The position numbers and the translations under genes are program-made. This document shows, one piece after another, positions 38,012 to 48,441 of a DNA stretch of 53,141 nt (positions are counted from its first letter, which is position 1; every line of letters starts with the position of its first letter). A model generated the notes under the pieces. The model was not told the origin of the DNA. It ran no database searches and was given only the letters and a program-made list of their open reading frames with translations. The stretch comes from a virus (lineage: Duplodnaviria > Caudoviricetes), in the IMG/VR virus record IMGVR_UViG_3300047564_007050, positions 1-53,141 of that record; one strand, given 5' to 3'.

Positions 38012-39670
38012 TTAAAATTCTACGATGGCTTTAATGTCTTCAATTTGATTTTGCGACCTAATAATTGCTCGCCTATTCTCTATATATATTATATTTCCTG
38101 CGCCCTTTTTAATTTCTTCATTAACAACACCATTAGTTGAAGCTATTTGAGCACTAAATGTAGATTGAGTTATTGTCGAGCCATTTGTAAATGTGCCATA
38201 TCCTGTCGTAGGATTTTGTATAAAAGTCAATGTGCCCGTTTCGGGCGAGACTCCTTCAGCACTAGTTTTTGTATATTGCAATGCAACGCCCTGTATAGAT
38301 GGTGATATCTGAAAAATCTGGTCATATACCAATGCATTTGCATTAGTAACACCAGTTAAATTTAATTTTTTGGTTGAAATTCTAGTGGTATCGGTGGCTA
38401 AAGTGCCATCATAATTTCTTACATCTCTAATAATTCCCAATTGGCGGTAATCATTGTCTGTTGGAAAATCTCCCTCACCTTCAGCATATTGAAGTTTTGC
38501 GTTCATCATTATAAAAATTGAGTTTAAGTCTTTCTCAACATCTTTACCCAAGCCATCTAAGTCTGATAAAATTGGCCTAACTATGGCTCCGGTGCCTCCT
38601 AAAGAATTTTCAACCGATACACTTATAAAAGTTGAATTTGAACCTCTAGTAATTGGTAATATTTTGGTTATGGCGCCAGATAAATTCACCACCGGACGCA
38701 ACTTAACGTCTGTGCCATTAGTAACAACATTTAACTTAGGAAGAATCTGGCAGGTGTTTCCTGTGGTTACATTTCCACTCCAGGCGGCAGTTAGAATTAT
38801 TTGCTTAGTGCCACCAATATAATCTTCTATTGTGTATATTTCATTTATACCAGAACCAGAGGTTATGTGTATTTGACCATTGTTATAAAAATCATCTGCT
38901 TCCGATGGTGATCCGGTGCTAAGAATTGCGGTGCCCTTTCCTTGACCATTAGTGCCTATTGTTGTAACTGTGCCCGTATATGTTCTTGTATACCCAGACC
39001 CGCCATTTTCAACAACCACAGACATAACTTCGCCCGGAACTGCTGCGGCCTGAACTGTCCATTGAGAGCTGCCATCATTAGCGCTTAAGGTTTTAACAGG
39101 AACCCAGCTATCTGTTAAAAATTTTGATGCATTAGCAGATGATACCGAGGCCACATATTTCCAAACATATCCGTCTTGAGCATAATATATTAAATTAGTG
39201 GCAGGATTTTGCTTTTCGGGCTTTACTGTACTTGCCGCATTATTGCCATTCTCTAAACATACAAATATATCAAGAGTATCTGTTATGACATAAAAATTTC
39301 CAGCAGGTGTAGGAGATAATGCAGTAACCCTCGCTTGCGTGGGTTGGTTATGCAAATCAGCATCTCGGTCATCGTATATTGCATATACAGTGCCCTCTGT
39401 CCAATCTGAACGTCTAATAACCAATGATGTTGTTGCCGAATCTATCTTTTTTAGACCAAGCATCTCATCCCAAATTCTGGCTTCAGACTCATAAGTATCT
39501 AACGGCGCAGGAGGAGACAACTCAGCGCTTATAGAGCCGGTTCCCCAAACTGTGGGTTTTCCGATAAATAGATAATGATTTCTACTGGTTGTGTGTGCCG
39601 AAGAGTTAAAATTATCTAAAAAATCTCTGGCGTTTTGAAGTCTGAATTTATTTTTTATAATAGCGGTCAT
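38012..39670 (-). CDS. gp8: Baseplate wedge subunit (gp8-like)
   Basis: YLFIGKP--W, FYVITD---FVCL-N, DGYVWKY, NDYRQLGI, GNIIYIENR--I-R...EDIK-IVEF. TATAAATA at 39702-39709. Confidence 0.9.
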   Translation of the reverse strand: MTAIIKNKFRLQNARDFLDNFNSSAHTTSRNHYLFIGKPTVWGTGSISAELSPPAPLDTYESEARIWDEMLGLKKIDSATTSLVIRRSDWTEGTVYAIYDDRDADLHNQPTQARVTALSPTPAGNFYVITDTLDIFVCLENGNNAASTVKPEKQNPATNLIYYAQDGYVWKYVASVSSANASKFLTDSWVPVKTLSANDGSSQWTVQAAAVPGEVMSVVVENGGSGYTRTYTGTVTTIGTNGQGKGTAILSTGSPSEADDFYNNGQIHITSGSGINEIYTIEDYIGGTKQIILTAAWSGNVTTGNTCQILPKLNVVTNGTDVKLRPVVNLSGAITKILPITRGSNSTFISVSVENSLGGTGAIVRPILSDLDGLGKDVEKDLNSIFIMMNAKLQYAEGEGDFPTDNDYRQLGIIRDVRNYDGTLATDTTRISTKKLNLTGVTNANALVYDQIFQISPSIQGVALQYTKTSAEGVSPETGTLTFIQNPTTGYGTFTNGSTITQSTFSAQIASTNGVVNEEIKKGAGNIIYIENRRAIIRSQNQIEDIKAIVEF

Positions 39671-39757
39671 TGACTATATACCTTAGAATTTCATTTATAA
39701 GTATTTATATCAAAACATTTAATCATTTTTAATATTTAAGAGTTATTAAACAATTAT

Positions 39758-41287
39758 TTACGTACTAGTACTAGTAATAATAACCGCATCTGGCATAATA
39801 TTAGTTTTTGCCGTTGGCGAAGTCACTAGGTCAAAAAGTCTTATTCCTAATTCGTCAATAGAACTTATGGTAGTTAATGGCTTTTGTTGAGCCAAATTAC
39901 CATATTCACCAAAATAATTAGGAATAGCCAAGATTTCCTGATTTGCATCATATTTAGCTACTGGCTTGTAGTTAAATTTATTGTTATTTAATGAATTGCT
40001 ATTTGCACCAAGCGGATTAGAAACTTCTGTAGTTTTTAGAGTAACTGTAGATGCAATTGACTTTACTGCTGCACTTACCGCAACGCCATCATCAACTAAT
40101 GTGACGCTTGTATTTGAGCTTTCAGTTGCAATATGAATTTTAGCATCAAGCAACTTCTGAGTTCTAAAGCCTCCGTATAATTTTAAACCGGCAGGATGCA
40201 AAAGTTTTTTTACAGCAGATTCGTACGTAGAATACGACTCATCTACATATATTACATACGAAAACGCTTGATAATATTCACCATCTTGCAAATATTTTAA
40301 GGTTGATATTTGACCGTCTTCATTTAAATAAAATCCAGGATAAGATATTAGTGCATCATATTCAATATCTATTACAGCACCCTTATCTGATAAAAGATAG
40401 TTTTGTAGTGGAAAATAACTTTTATAGCCAATGCCATAATTTACTATTTTTAATGAAGTTATGCCCCCCGAACTTGATACTGACTGCACTTCTAGTTTTG
40501 CGCCATTTCCGACAACATTTATATTAAATGTTTCTCCGACCGAATAATTACCCCCCGCAGATTTTATGGTTATAGCAGACGGAACCGCCGACACTACAAC
40601 TTGAATTGAACCATCATCTGAAATCAATGTCTCTTGAGGCAAAAAATTTCCGGTAATGCTTGAGCGATTTAACGATAACTCAACCCCAAAATAGCCACCT
40701 TCATTTACCGAGAAAACCTTTTCAACATATGCGGTAGAATTGCTATCAACTCCTCTAATTCGCTTTGTGCGCAATGCTAATGCATCGCCGACAGATGAAA
40801 ATACTCGCAAACTTTGTTGCTGAATCCATTTTCCATCAGAAACTTTAAGTATATCAACTCTAGGATAATAAAATTCAGGATTTAGCCCATAAGCCGCACG
40901 AAAAAATAACTCAAATGATTTTTCAGTACCCTTAGCCCTATAAAAATCTCTAACATTTTTTAGAAGAGTGCCAACATCAGTCTCTAGCGTTCTAGGAAAA
41001 TGTATCAGAAATTCTTTATAAAATTGCTCAGTATATGGCTCTTTAGTAAAATCTATGTCTTGATAGCTTTTTAGTCTTTTTGAATCGTTTAAAACATTAT
41101 TTTCGCTTTCCATCCACTCATAGTATGCTTTCATGAAAGTTATAAATCTTTCATGATCTTCTCTAACAAATTGTGGAAATTGATTCTGAAGATAAGGACT
41201 AACACCAGCCAACGGAGAAGACAAAAACACCAAGGGTAGGTAATCTTGAAGTGGTGAGTCTATTGGTGATGCTAAAACGATTAACAT
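39758..41287 (-). CDS. Baseplate wedge subunit (gp7-like)
   Basis: QFPQFVRED--FITFMKAYYEW, FYRAKGTEKSF, LQDGEYYQAFSY, LLHPAG; lies between gp6 and gp8. Confidence 0.8.
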   Translation of the reverse strand: MLIVLASPIDSPLQDYLPLVFLSSPLAGVSPYLQNQFPQFVREDHERFITFMKAYYEWMESENNVLNDSKRLKSYQDIDFTKEPYTEQFYKEFLIHFPRTLETDVGTLLKNVRDFYRAKGTEKSFELFFRAAYGLNPEFYYPRVDILKVSDGKWIQQQSLRVFSSVGDALALRTKRIRGVDSNSTAYVEKVFSVNEGGYFGVELSLNRSSITGNFLPQETLISDDGSIQVVVSAVPSAITIKSAGGNYSVGETFNINVVGNGAKLEVQSVSSSGGITSLKIVNYGIGYKSYFPLQNYLLSDKGAVIDIEYDALISYPGFYLNEDGQISTLKYLQDGEYYQAFSYVIYVDESYSTYESAVKKLLHPAGLKLYGGFRTQKLLDAKIHIATESSNTSVTLVDDGVAVSAAVKSIASTVTLKTTEVSNPLGANSNSLNNNKFNYKPVAKYDANQEILAIPNYFGEYGNLAQQKPLTTISSIDELGIRLFDLVTSPTAKTNIMPDAVIITSTST

Positions 41288-41294
41288 AAATTTA

Positions 41295-43097
41295 TTATGA
41301 TATCTTTAGTCTTGAAACATCTATAAGAGTTAGATTTACATCTTCATCTTCAAGCAAAAGCATTTGCTCTTTTAATGCAACAACATCTAAAACCTTGGGC
41401 TTAACTATAAAATCAATGTAGTTATTACCATCTTCAATTGAACTTACTAATAGATTTGAAATTGTTATTGTGCCAGTTTCATAATCTACGGTTCCAATTT
41501 TGCCATCAAGTATAATTTTAGTGTTATCTGTCGTGAAATAATAGACAAACATGTTTCCTTGACCATCATCAGATATGTAGACTTTGACATTATTAATGTA
41601 GAATGGACTGGTTGTTATAGACGATATATCATTATTATAGTCGCCGGTGTCTATTGAATTGTTTAATTGTATGGTAAAACTGTTTCTTAAATTTAAACTA
41701 GGAATAACTCTATATTTTATTTTAACTGAGGTGTTATTACTAACTATAGATGGGTCTGCCGAATCTATGTAAGAGCAAAACTTTGAAAATCTAAAATCTG
41801 AATCAAATCCGATAAGTTGTTCAGACTTATAAGTTTCAATTGCCGCTAATACTTTTGTGGTTAATATCTCAGAAGTTTCTGCTGTTTTTGCGGAATTAAA
41901 ATTTATGGTAGAGTCAACCATCAATCGTATATAATCAGGATCTACTATTACAACATCTACTGTAACTAAACTTCTCGGAAGAATAAATGAATTTACTAAG
42001 CGAACTTTATCTTCGTAATTTAATGTTGTGCCTGTTTTTGGCTTTATAGAACAAAAAACTTTTCCGTATTCGGGCGGCACGTTATCTTCGCCACCCCAAA
42101 CTCTAACATGTTCAACCAATGAAATGTCTTTTTTAATTAAAGTTTCATAATCATATTTTGTAACGGCCCTATTTTGGGAATCATAAGTTCTTGGTGCAAG
42201 AAGTTTTATTGAATCTATAGATTCTTGCTCAGAGTATCCGGTTGCGATGCTTTTTGTAGTTAAAGTAAAAGACTGATTTTCACCAATATTAGCGGAAGCC
42301 AACCTTTCAGCTCTAAACACACTTGCATTAGTTGCTCCATCTCCGGTCGACACAACATAATCAAGTTTTATTATGTTTCCGTTGCTTGGACGTTTACCTA
42401 ATATATTATCGCCAAATATAATTTCAAAAAGATTGCTTTCATATGCTTGCAAAAAATATTTGGCATCGGTTTCTTTAGTTTCAGTTATGTCGGTATTTAA
42501 AGAATAGTATTCTATATTTGTGCTAGCAGAATTTTCTTGAACTACAACATTAAGAGTACTGGTGTCGACATTTTCATTTGGTATTATATATCTCTGCTTT
42601 ATTGGTGAATTATTGTCTACTGTATATGAATGAGTGAACCTTTTACCTTCAAGCAACTCTAAGTTTGTTATTTTGTATCGCCCAGTGTCAATTTTGGTGA
42701 AAAACGTATTTTTGCTAGGATAGAATGTATACCTAATTCCATCTACTGTAGTAAAAAATTGGTGCGTATTTTTTAACAGTAAACTTGCGGGTTCAAAATA
42801 TATTTCATAATCAACCACAGCACGTAAGGTGCGGACTGAGCGAGGAGTATATCCCAAATGCTTTGCCCTAGACACAACACTCTCTCGTAGAGATGCACTG
42901 TCTAAAAACATTTCACTCGCAAGCATGTTTAAATAAAATGCATTATACCCAGTATTGTAGGCCAGAATATCTAGCAAAATTGATAGCGATGAACCATCAA
43001 AATTATAATCTTTAAATCTATCTTGAGATTTTAAAAATGTTTTTAAGTTCTCTTTTATTAGAGCAAAATCAAGCTCGGTATATTTAATCTCAGACAT
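41295..43097 (-). CDS. gp6: Baseplate wedge subunit (gp6)
   Basis: LDF--IK-NL, DYNFDGS, LAYNT, EMFLDSA, FGDNILG, QNRAVT--DY, WGGED, GTVDYETG. Confidence 0.96.
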   Translation of the reverse strand: MSEIKYTELDFALIKENLKTFLKSQDRFKDYNFDGSSLSILLDILAYNTGYNAFYLNMLASEMFLDSASLRESVVSRAKHLGYTPRSVRTLRAVVDYEIYFEPASLLLKNTHQFFTTVDGIRYTFYPSKNTFFTKIDTGRYKITNLELLEGKRFTHSYTVDNNSPIKQRYIIPNENVDTSTLNVVVQENSASTNIEYYSLNTDITETKETDAKYFLQAYESNLFEIIFGDNILGKRPSNGNIIKLDYVVSTGDGATNASVFRAERLASANIGENQSFTLTTKSIATGYSEQESIDSIKLLAPRTYDSQNRAVTKYDYETLIKKDISLVEHVRVWGGEDNVPPEYGKVFCSIKPKTGTTLNYEDKVRLVNSFILPRSLVTVDVVIVDPDYIRLMVDSTINFNSAKTAETSEILTTKVLAAIETYKSEQLIGFDSDFRFSKFCSYIDSADPSIVSNNTSVKIKYRVIPSLNLRNSFTIQLNNSIDTGDYNNDISSITTSPFYINNVKVYISDDGQGNMFVYYFTTDNTKIILDGKIGTVDYETGTITISNLLVSSIEDGNNYIDFIVKPKVLDVVALKEQMLLLEDEDVNLTLIDVSRLKIS

Positions 43098-43098
43098 T

Positions 43099-43506
43099 TT
43101 ACCTAATCCTCTCTAAAAATATTTTAACTGTATCTACCTGAGATATGTTATCAATTGCAAACAGCAAATATACATTATAGCCAAGGAGGTCTTGGTCTAG
43201 ACTAACTTGCAAATCAACAATAGAAACTCTTGGCTCATAAGCTCGTAAAGCATCATGAATTAGAGTCTTTATACTAACCGCAGTCATTGGGGTAGCAGGC
43301 TCAAATAATAACTGCTTTAAATTTCCTCCGAAATCTGGATTAAATGGACGCTCATATAAACCCGTAAACAGTATATTTCTAACTGAGCGTTTAACGGATG
43401 CAGAATCTTTTAATAGAGTTATGTCTCCTGAAACTGGGTGTGGAACAAAGTCCAGATCGATATCTGAAAATGTGGTAGCAACTTTATTAATTAGAGTTTG
43501 AGCCAT
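43099..43506 (-). CDS. gp25: Baseplate wedge / sheath initiator (gp25)
   Basis: FSDIDLDF, SVKRSVRNI, ERPFNPDFG, LFEP, YEPRV. TATAAATA at 43529-43536. Confidence 0.95.
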   Translation of the reverse strand: MAQTLINKVATTFSDIDLDFVPHPVSGDITLLKDSASVKRSVRNILFTGLYERPFNPDFGGNLKQLLFEPATPMTAVSIKTLIHDALRAYEPRVSIVDLQVSLDQDLLGYNVYLLFAIDNISQVDTVKIFLERIR

Positions 43507-43560
43507 ATAGATAATAGATAATCTTATATATTTATATCGAGAATATATTTTTTTTTAAAT

Positions 43561-45564
43561 CTATTCAGCATTGTTCTCATCGGTAGCATCCCTAACGGTG
43601 GTTAAATCAAAATTAATCACATTGTCATATGGCACCTCACATTGATGTCTATAGCCACTATTCAATATCAATATAGGATTTCCATTATTCATCCAGAAAA
43701 GCTGCTTTGGATATTGCTCTCCCGGCTTTGAAAATCTAGCAAAGAATCTTGTTCCGTCTTCAAATAAGTCTGTTGTTGTCGGAGAATCAATTAGCTTTCC
43801 AGGAACATGTATTGGTCTAACAACTTCCCATTCAGTTATCTTTCCACTTATTGATTTGTGTTTTATAATGACAGACTCTAACTGGGCTGTAGGTAAGGCT
43901 TCTCTCAATTCATGAGCCACGCCAGCAGAACTCAACACTACAAGATTTCCATCGCTATCAGATATCGGCTTCCAGACATCTCCAGTAATTCCGTTGGGAA
44001 TTAAATACCCATATTTAGGAGATCCATCGGCGGTAGCCATTAAATCTTTTAATGTTTCATCTAAAGTTTCAGCTTGATTTTCTGTGGGCACAGATGGTGG
44101 AGAACTTATATATGAATCTGTTATCGGCAATGGCAATAATACACTTTCTGCAATCTTAGCTCGCAATCTTGCTTCTCCGGTAACTTCTAAACTTCCGGTA
44201 ATTTTAACGTCTCCTATTATTTCAATATTTGGCGCATGAATCTCTACTTTTGTACCGGAAGTTATAATTACGGCATTTGTTCCGTATAATTGAATGGTTT
44301 CTAATCCTTTAGAATATGAATTTGTTGCAAGTTCACTTTTAGTTTCGCCAATTAATTCATTTGAGTTTTGGCCAACAGCAACATTTTTAGTTGCTCCGAT
44401 TTTACTATTTGAATTTGATGTGACTGTAGCATTAAGACTGCCGCCAACTTGTCTATTATGGTCTGAACCACTTTTTATATTGAATGTTAATCCGGACATC
44501 ATTCTGACGCTTTGTTTAGCATCTAGATTGTAGTTATATCCAACGCTGCAATAATGGTCTAAGTATACAAAATTATACTGATGATTAACCGACTTATTGA
44601 CTTCAAGCCCGCTTGGGTGTATTTCCTTAAATGACCCTGACCTATGATACCAGTGTAGTCTCTCTGCGCCCGGAGTATCATCTACCTCAATCACATGACC
44701 AGATTCGCTTTCATAAACATGGTTATATGGATATTTTGCCGCATATGGAGTTTTGGGCTCTGCAAATGGAAAAGCTGGTTGCTCTTGAGCACCCAATGAA
44801 TTTCCCTCAAACCCAGCTCCTTCTCCACCACTAATCATAGATGTTTTTGAGGCAACTATTGTTTGAGTTATATTCTCGTTTCTTGCCAATCTTGATGTCG
44901 ATGGCTCATTTAATGAATCTTCAAGTGGATATCTTGATATAGAAACTTGAGCCACATCAGTTGTGCTTTTTACTTCTCCGGTAAACAAAACTTCTTCATT
45001 CACCATTTGGTCAACATCTACGGCATCAAATTTACCATCTTTATTCAGGTCAAACTTGTAGTTATCTGCACTGTATTCAGATGTTAATTGGCCAAATGCC
45101 ACATTATCTTCGGGTAAAAAATTGGGACTAAATCCATCTACGCCAGCCTCAAGAAATTCTTGTTCATAGTTGGCCACCGGAGACATTCTAGGAGGTCTAG
45201 GAACAATATCTGAGTTAAGTTGGTCATTTGGCGTTGGGTCATAAAACCCAATATCTGGATTAGATGCGCTTTCATCTATACCAGGAATATAACCAACAAC
45301 TACTGGTTTTTGAGCATCAGTATCATCTAAGAAAAATCCCCAACACCAATCGCCCTCTTTAAGTCCAACAGAATTTTTACCATTGTCTATTGGCAAACTT
45401 GGCATTGCCCAGGGTAGATCTTCAGTGGGTAGCAATGACTTATCTTCAGTGTGCCAGCCAAATATTCTAACTCGAACTCTTCCGAGGAAAATAGGATCTT
45501 TTCTATCTTCAACAACACCTTTCCACCAAATAAATCCATTTCGTCCAAAAAAAGATGTGCTCAT
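43561..45564 (-). CDS. gp5: Baseplate hub / central spike (gp5) without a recognisable lysozyme domain
   Basis: OB-fold WWKGVVEDRKDP--LGRVRVRIFG-H, LPWA; YPYNHVYESESGH--E-DDTPGAERLH; beta-helix repeats. TATAAATA at 45595-45602. Confidence 0.93.
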   Translation of the reverse strand: MSTSFFGRNGFIWWKGVVEDRKDPIFLGRVRVRIFGWHTEDKSLLPTEDLPWAMPSLPIDNGKNSVGLKEGDWCWGFFLDDTDAQKPVVVGYIPGIDESASNPDIGFYDPTPNDQLNSDIVPRPPRMSPVANYEQEFLEAGVDGFSPNFLPEDNVAFGQLTSEYSADNYKFDLNKDGKFDAVDVDQMVNEEVLFTGEVKSTTDVAQVSISRYPLEDSLNEPSTSRLARNENITQTIVASKTSMISGGEGAGFEGNSLGAQEQPAFPFAEPKTPYAAKYPYNHVYESESGHVIEVDDTPGAERLHWYHRSGSFKEIHPSGLEVNKSVNHQYNFVYLDHYCSVGYNYNLDAKQSVRMMSGLTFNIKSGSDHNRQVGGSLNATVTSNSNSKIGATKNVAVGQNSNELIGETKSELATNSYSKGLETIQLYGTNAVIITSGTKVEIHAPNIEIIGDVKITGSLEVTGEARLRAKIAESVLLPLPITDSYISSPPSVPTENQAETLDETLKDLMATADGSPKYGYLIPNGITGDVWKPISDSDGNLVVLSSAGVAHELREALPTAQLESVIIKHKSISGKITEWEVVRPIHVPGKLIDSPTTTDLFEDGTRFFARFSKPGEQYPKQLFWMNNGNPILILNSGYRHQCEVPYDNVINFDLTTVRDATDENNAE

Positions 45565-45615
45565 ACTAGATATTGAAAAATAAAATGCTGTGTATATTTA
45601 TAGCGTATGTGGTCG

Positions 45616-46482
45616 CTATAGAGAATTAAATATTGACACCAATTGAGTGGCATCTTCAGCAGAAAGTTCTTTATCATCACCCAAAATAGAATCAACCTTG
45701 TGTAAGAAGTCTAGGTAGTGATATTTTTCTAATAACTTGTATATAACATTTTCAGGAAGACGATTTTTATCTCCGTATGTTTTAATTTCTTTTTTACTCA
45801 TGGGACGGTCAAATGCAGCATTGCGAGCTTTTTTTATTTTATAATATATGTTTGAAAGCTCTTTAGCATCATCTTCAAGGCGCTCTAAGATAGAAAGTCT
45901 GAGATACTTAAGTTCTGCTGTGGTTGCATTATTCAATGAGTCATAGTCAAATAAATCTCTGACTAGATTGTGTGTGGCTGAATCTATAGTAGAAATTACG
46001 GCATTAAATTGCTTTAAGTATTTCTTAATATTAAATTTTTTGAATATTGGCCGTCTTCTAAATCGATTCTTTTCAACATCAAAAACACCATCGGCCAACG
46101 ACAATTTTCTAGTATAATCTTCTGAATTATTAACTATAAAATAATTTATGGGATGTTCAGTAAACTGAACCAAATTTCCGTTTATTATCGGCAAGATAGA
46201 TTTAATTTTTTTAAATGTAGCATCACTTGCATCAACTAAGACGGTGATGTCGAGGTCTGATTGCTTCGTGTATCTTCTGGTTATTATGCTTCCGATTAAA
46301 ACATAATCAACTATTTTGGCATATGCAGAAATTGCCTTTAACCCCCCATGAATTTCGGAAATAACCGTCAGTTTAAGCGTAGGAGAATCGCTTCTAAAAT
46401 TATCAAATATATCAGAAGATAGGTACGGCTGAACCGGATCAACTATAGATTCAGAAACTATATGTTTTTTAAATGGTATCAT
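45616..46482 (-). CDS. Nucleotidyltransferase (Pol beta superfamily)
   Basis: LIGSIITRRYTKQSDLDITVLVD matches the hGS...DhD signature; GATAAATA at 46511-46518. Confidence 0.75.
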   Translation of the reverse strand: MIPFKKHIVSESIVDPVQPYLSSDIFDNFRSDSPTLKLTVISEIHGGLKAISAYAKIVDYVLIGSIITRRYTKQSDLDITVLVDASDATFKKIKSILPIINGNLVQFTEHPINYFIVNNSEDYTRKLSLADGVFDVEKNRFRRRPIFKKFNIKKYLKQFNAVISTIDSATHNLVRDLFDYDSLNNATTAELKYLRLSILERLEDDAKELSNIYYKIKKARNAAFDRPMSKKEIKTYGDKNRLPENVIYKLLEKYHYLDFLHKVDSILGDDKELSAEDATQLVSIFNSL

Positions 46483-46521
46483 ACTATGGCATTAGAATGT
46501 ATTGCCTTAGTATTTATCAAA

Positions 46522-47037
46522 TTAACTATCAAACCAACATACAAATCTGACTTTGCACGTTGGACAAAGTTTTAAAAGACTTTCCATTATAACTATAGAA
46601 CAATAAAGTCCGGTGTTTTCATATTCGCCAAATGTATAGGTAAATATAGAATTCATTGCCGACTTAGATTCAGATAATGCAAGTATGTTTCGGTCTGTTG
46701 AGCCACTAAATTCCAAGTTGGTTTTTATATATGCGGCTCTAATTAATTTAAGTTCGTCTAAAGTCAACCAAGTGGCGCTGTGAGCACCTACCCCATAATC
46801 GTCAAACTTTTCTTTACAGCACCAACTTGAAGGAAACACTGAAGAGTCTCCGTTTTTAATACACTCATCAGGAAACCCTCTTGGCGAAACTATCGGAGAA
46901 GTAGCGCCCCTAACACCGGCAATTAAAGAGAATAGCTCATAGTCTCTTCCGATGTGTAGCTCTGAGTCAGTAAATGAATTGGTGATCGTCTCACCATCAT
47001 AAGCATATTCTATAAATGCGTGTATATCACACCCCAT
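46522..47037 (-). CDS. Conserved phage hypothetical protein (MGCDIH type)
   Basis: MGCDIH...RDYELFSLIAGVR...PRGFP...HSATWLTL-EL...RFVCWFDS; AGGT SD. Confidence 0.75.
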   Translation of the reverse strand: MGCDIHAFIEYAYDGETITNSFTDSELHIGRDYELFSLIAGVRGATSPIVSPRGFPDECIKNGDSSVFPSSWCCKEKFDDYGVGAHSATWLTLDELKLIRAAYIKTNLEFSGSTDRNILALSESKSAMNSIFTYTFGEYENTGLYCSIVIMESLLKLCPTCKVRFVCWFDS

Positions 47038-47049
47038 AATAATGCACCT

Positions 47050-47334
47050 TTAACTTCTAGTTAACGATAATATCTTTTTCATTTGTTCTTCGATAGCAGG
47101 CTTTCTGTTTGGCCAATAGATATACTCTTTATCAGAAGTCTTAAGCAACTTCATGAAAAAAGGAATAATCAGCTTTTCAACTTCAGACAACTTCTTCTTA
47201 TATACATCAACAGTTTGTTCTGACTCAAGTATAACTGAATTATACTCTTCTTCGCTGACAGCAGAGAACCCAAAATCGTTATCTAATGTAGAATATTCAC
47301 TTAATATCTTCGATATGTCTAATGTGTCTGTCAT
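47050..47334 (-). CDS. Conserved T4-like hypothetical protein
   Basis: DFGFSAVSEEE...KEYIYWPNR motif. Confidence 0.75.
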   Translation of the reverse strand: MTDTLDISKILSEYSTLDNDFGFSAVSEEEYNSVILESEQTVDVYKKKLSEVEKLIIPFFMKLLKTSDKEYIYWPNRKPAIEEQMKKILSLTRS

Positions 47335-47341
47335 GCTTAAC

Positions 47342-47524
47342 CTACAGTTCTATGCTTAATATATTAAAAGTTGCGGTTTTTAAATTGAAAATTTGTGATT
47401 TGGGTTTAGTTTCCTGAAGTCTAATTATAAAGTATGCCGAAATGTCATCTCTAAAATTATAATTTGGTTTTAAATCTAAGCACAAAAAAATAAAATTTAA
47501 TATAATCAAAAATGCAGATTTCAT
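47342..47524 (-). CDS. Small hypothetical protein with hydrophobic N-terminus
   Basis: ATGA overlap with the upstream ORF; fills the gap. Confidence 0.45.
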   Translation of the reverse strand: MKSAFLIILNFIFLCLDLKPNYNFRDDISAYFIIRLQETKPKSQIFNLKTATFNILSIEL

Positions 47525-47850
47525 ATTGAATATACCTTTTCACCCAACTTGTCAAGTTTACCGTGAAGAGATGTGCAATACTGAGCTTCTTTTTGCCAAA
47601 AATAATCCAAGTCAATTAAAGTTTCTTGCAAAAAATAAAGAAAATGTCTAATTGTACTAATTTCCAAATCGTTCAATTCAGCACAAGTTCTTTTATCACA
47701 ATTTCGTTCGACGTTTTTTAACAACAACTTTGTTTGTTTTATATGGGTGTGATATCGTTTTCTCTTTTCTTTTAGCTCATGTATTCTAGACTTGCAACTA
47801 AAAATTCTAGCTCTAATCTCAGATGGCGATAAATTCTCGGCTATGTCCAT
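47521..47850 (-). CDS. Hypothetical coiled-coil protein
   Basis: 109-aa ORF overlapping both neighbours. Confidence 0.6.
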   Translation of the reverse strand: MDIAENLSPSEIRARIFSCKSRIHELKEKRKRYHTHIKQTKLLLKNVERNCDKRTCAELNDLEISTIRHFLYFLQETLIDLDYFWQKEAQYCTSLHGKLDKLGEKVYSI

Positions 47851-48440
47851 AAAAATGCTCTAATATCAATAACGATTTTCATCATCTCGGATTCTTCATT
47901 TGCATATTCTTCTTCAATCTTTATAATTTTGTCAAATATTCTCTTCTGCTTTTTTTGAACGTACAGTTTAGAATACTTACTTTTATTCTTCATGAACGCC
48001 GTAAACCCAGAAGCATCTTCTGGACTTTTTCTATTCGGATAAGTATTTTTCCACCAAAGGTATACAGTTTTAATTTTTTGATACGCATTATTCCACGCAG
48101 CATCATTCAATTCAATATCAGCATTTTTTGCATCTTCACCACTATTGGAAATAATATTGACATACTCATCAATATACTTTAATCCAAGATCTGCATTTCT
48201 AACTTGGGGTCTAATTGCCCAAGGCACATAACTCAAAAGTTTATTTTTATTGGTGCAAGCCTCATAATGAGCAGACAATTCAATCTCCACATAATCAACA
48301 ATCAATTGCATTATTGAATGCAACAATATAGTATCTTTATCATAGTAATTGGGCGGCAAAGATTGTATTTTTACGATATTATATCTCTTAGTAGTTCTAT
48401 ATGCTATAAAACTTATAATCTGTTTAATATAGTAAAACAT
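47841..48440 (-). CDS. Hypothetical protein
   Basis: 199-aa ORF with YYDKDTILLH, LYLWW-like and IR-FLWT motifs. Confidence 0.7.
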   Translation of the reverse strand: MFYYIKQIISFIAYRTTKRYNIVKIQSLPPNYYDKDTILLHSIMQLIVDYVEIELSAHYEACTNKNKLLSYVPWAIRPQVRNADLGLKYIDEYVNIISNSGEDAKNADIELNDAAWNNAYQKIKTVYLWWKNTYPNRKSPEDASGFTAFMKNKSKYSKLYVQKKQKRIFDKIIKIEEEYANEESEMMKIVIDIRAFLWT

Positions 48441-48441
48441 A

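Noticed and set aside
45616-46482. Calling the NTase a CCA-adding enzyme because two tRNAs lack CCA
   Set aside because: Class II CCA motifs (GGxVRD, RRDFT) are absent; only the generic Pol-beta signature is visible.
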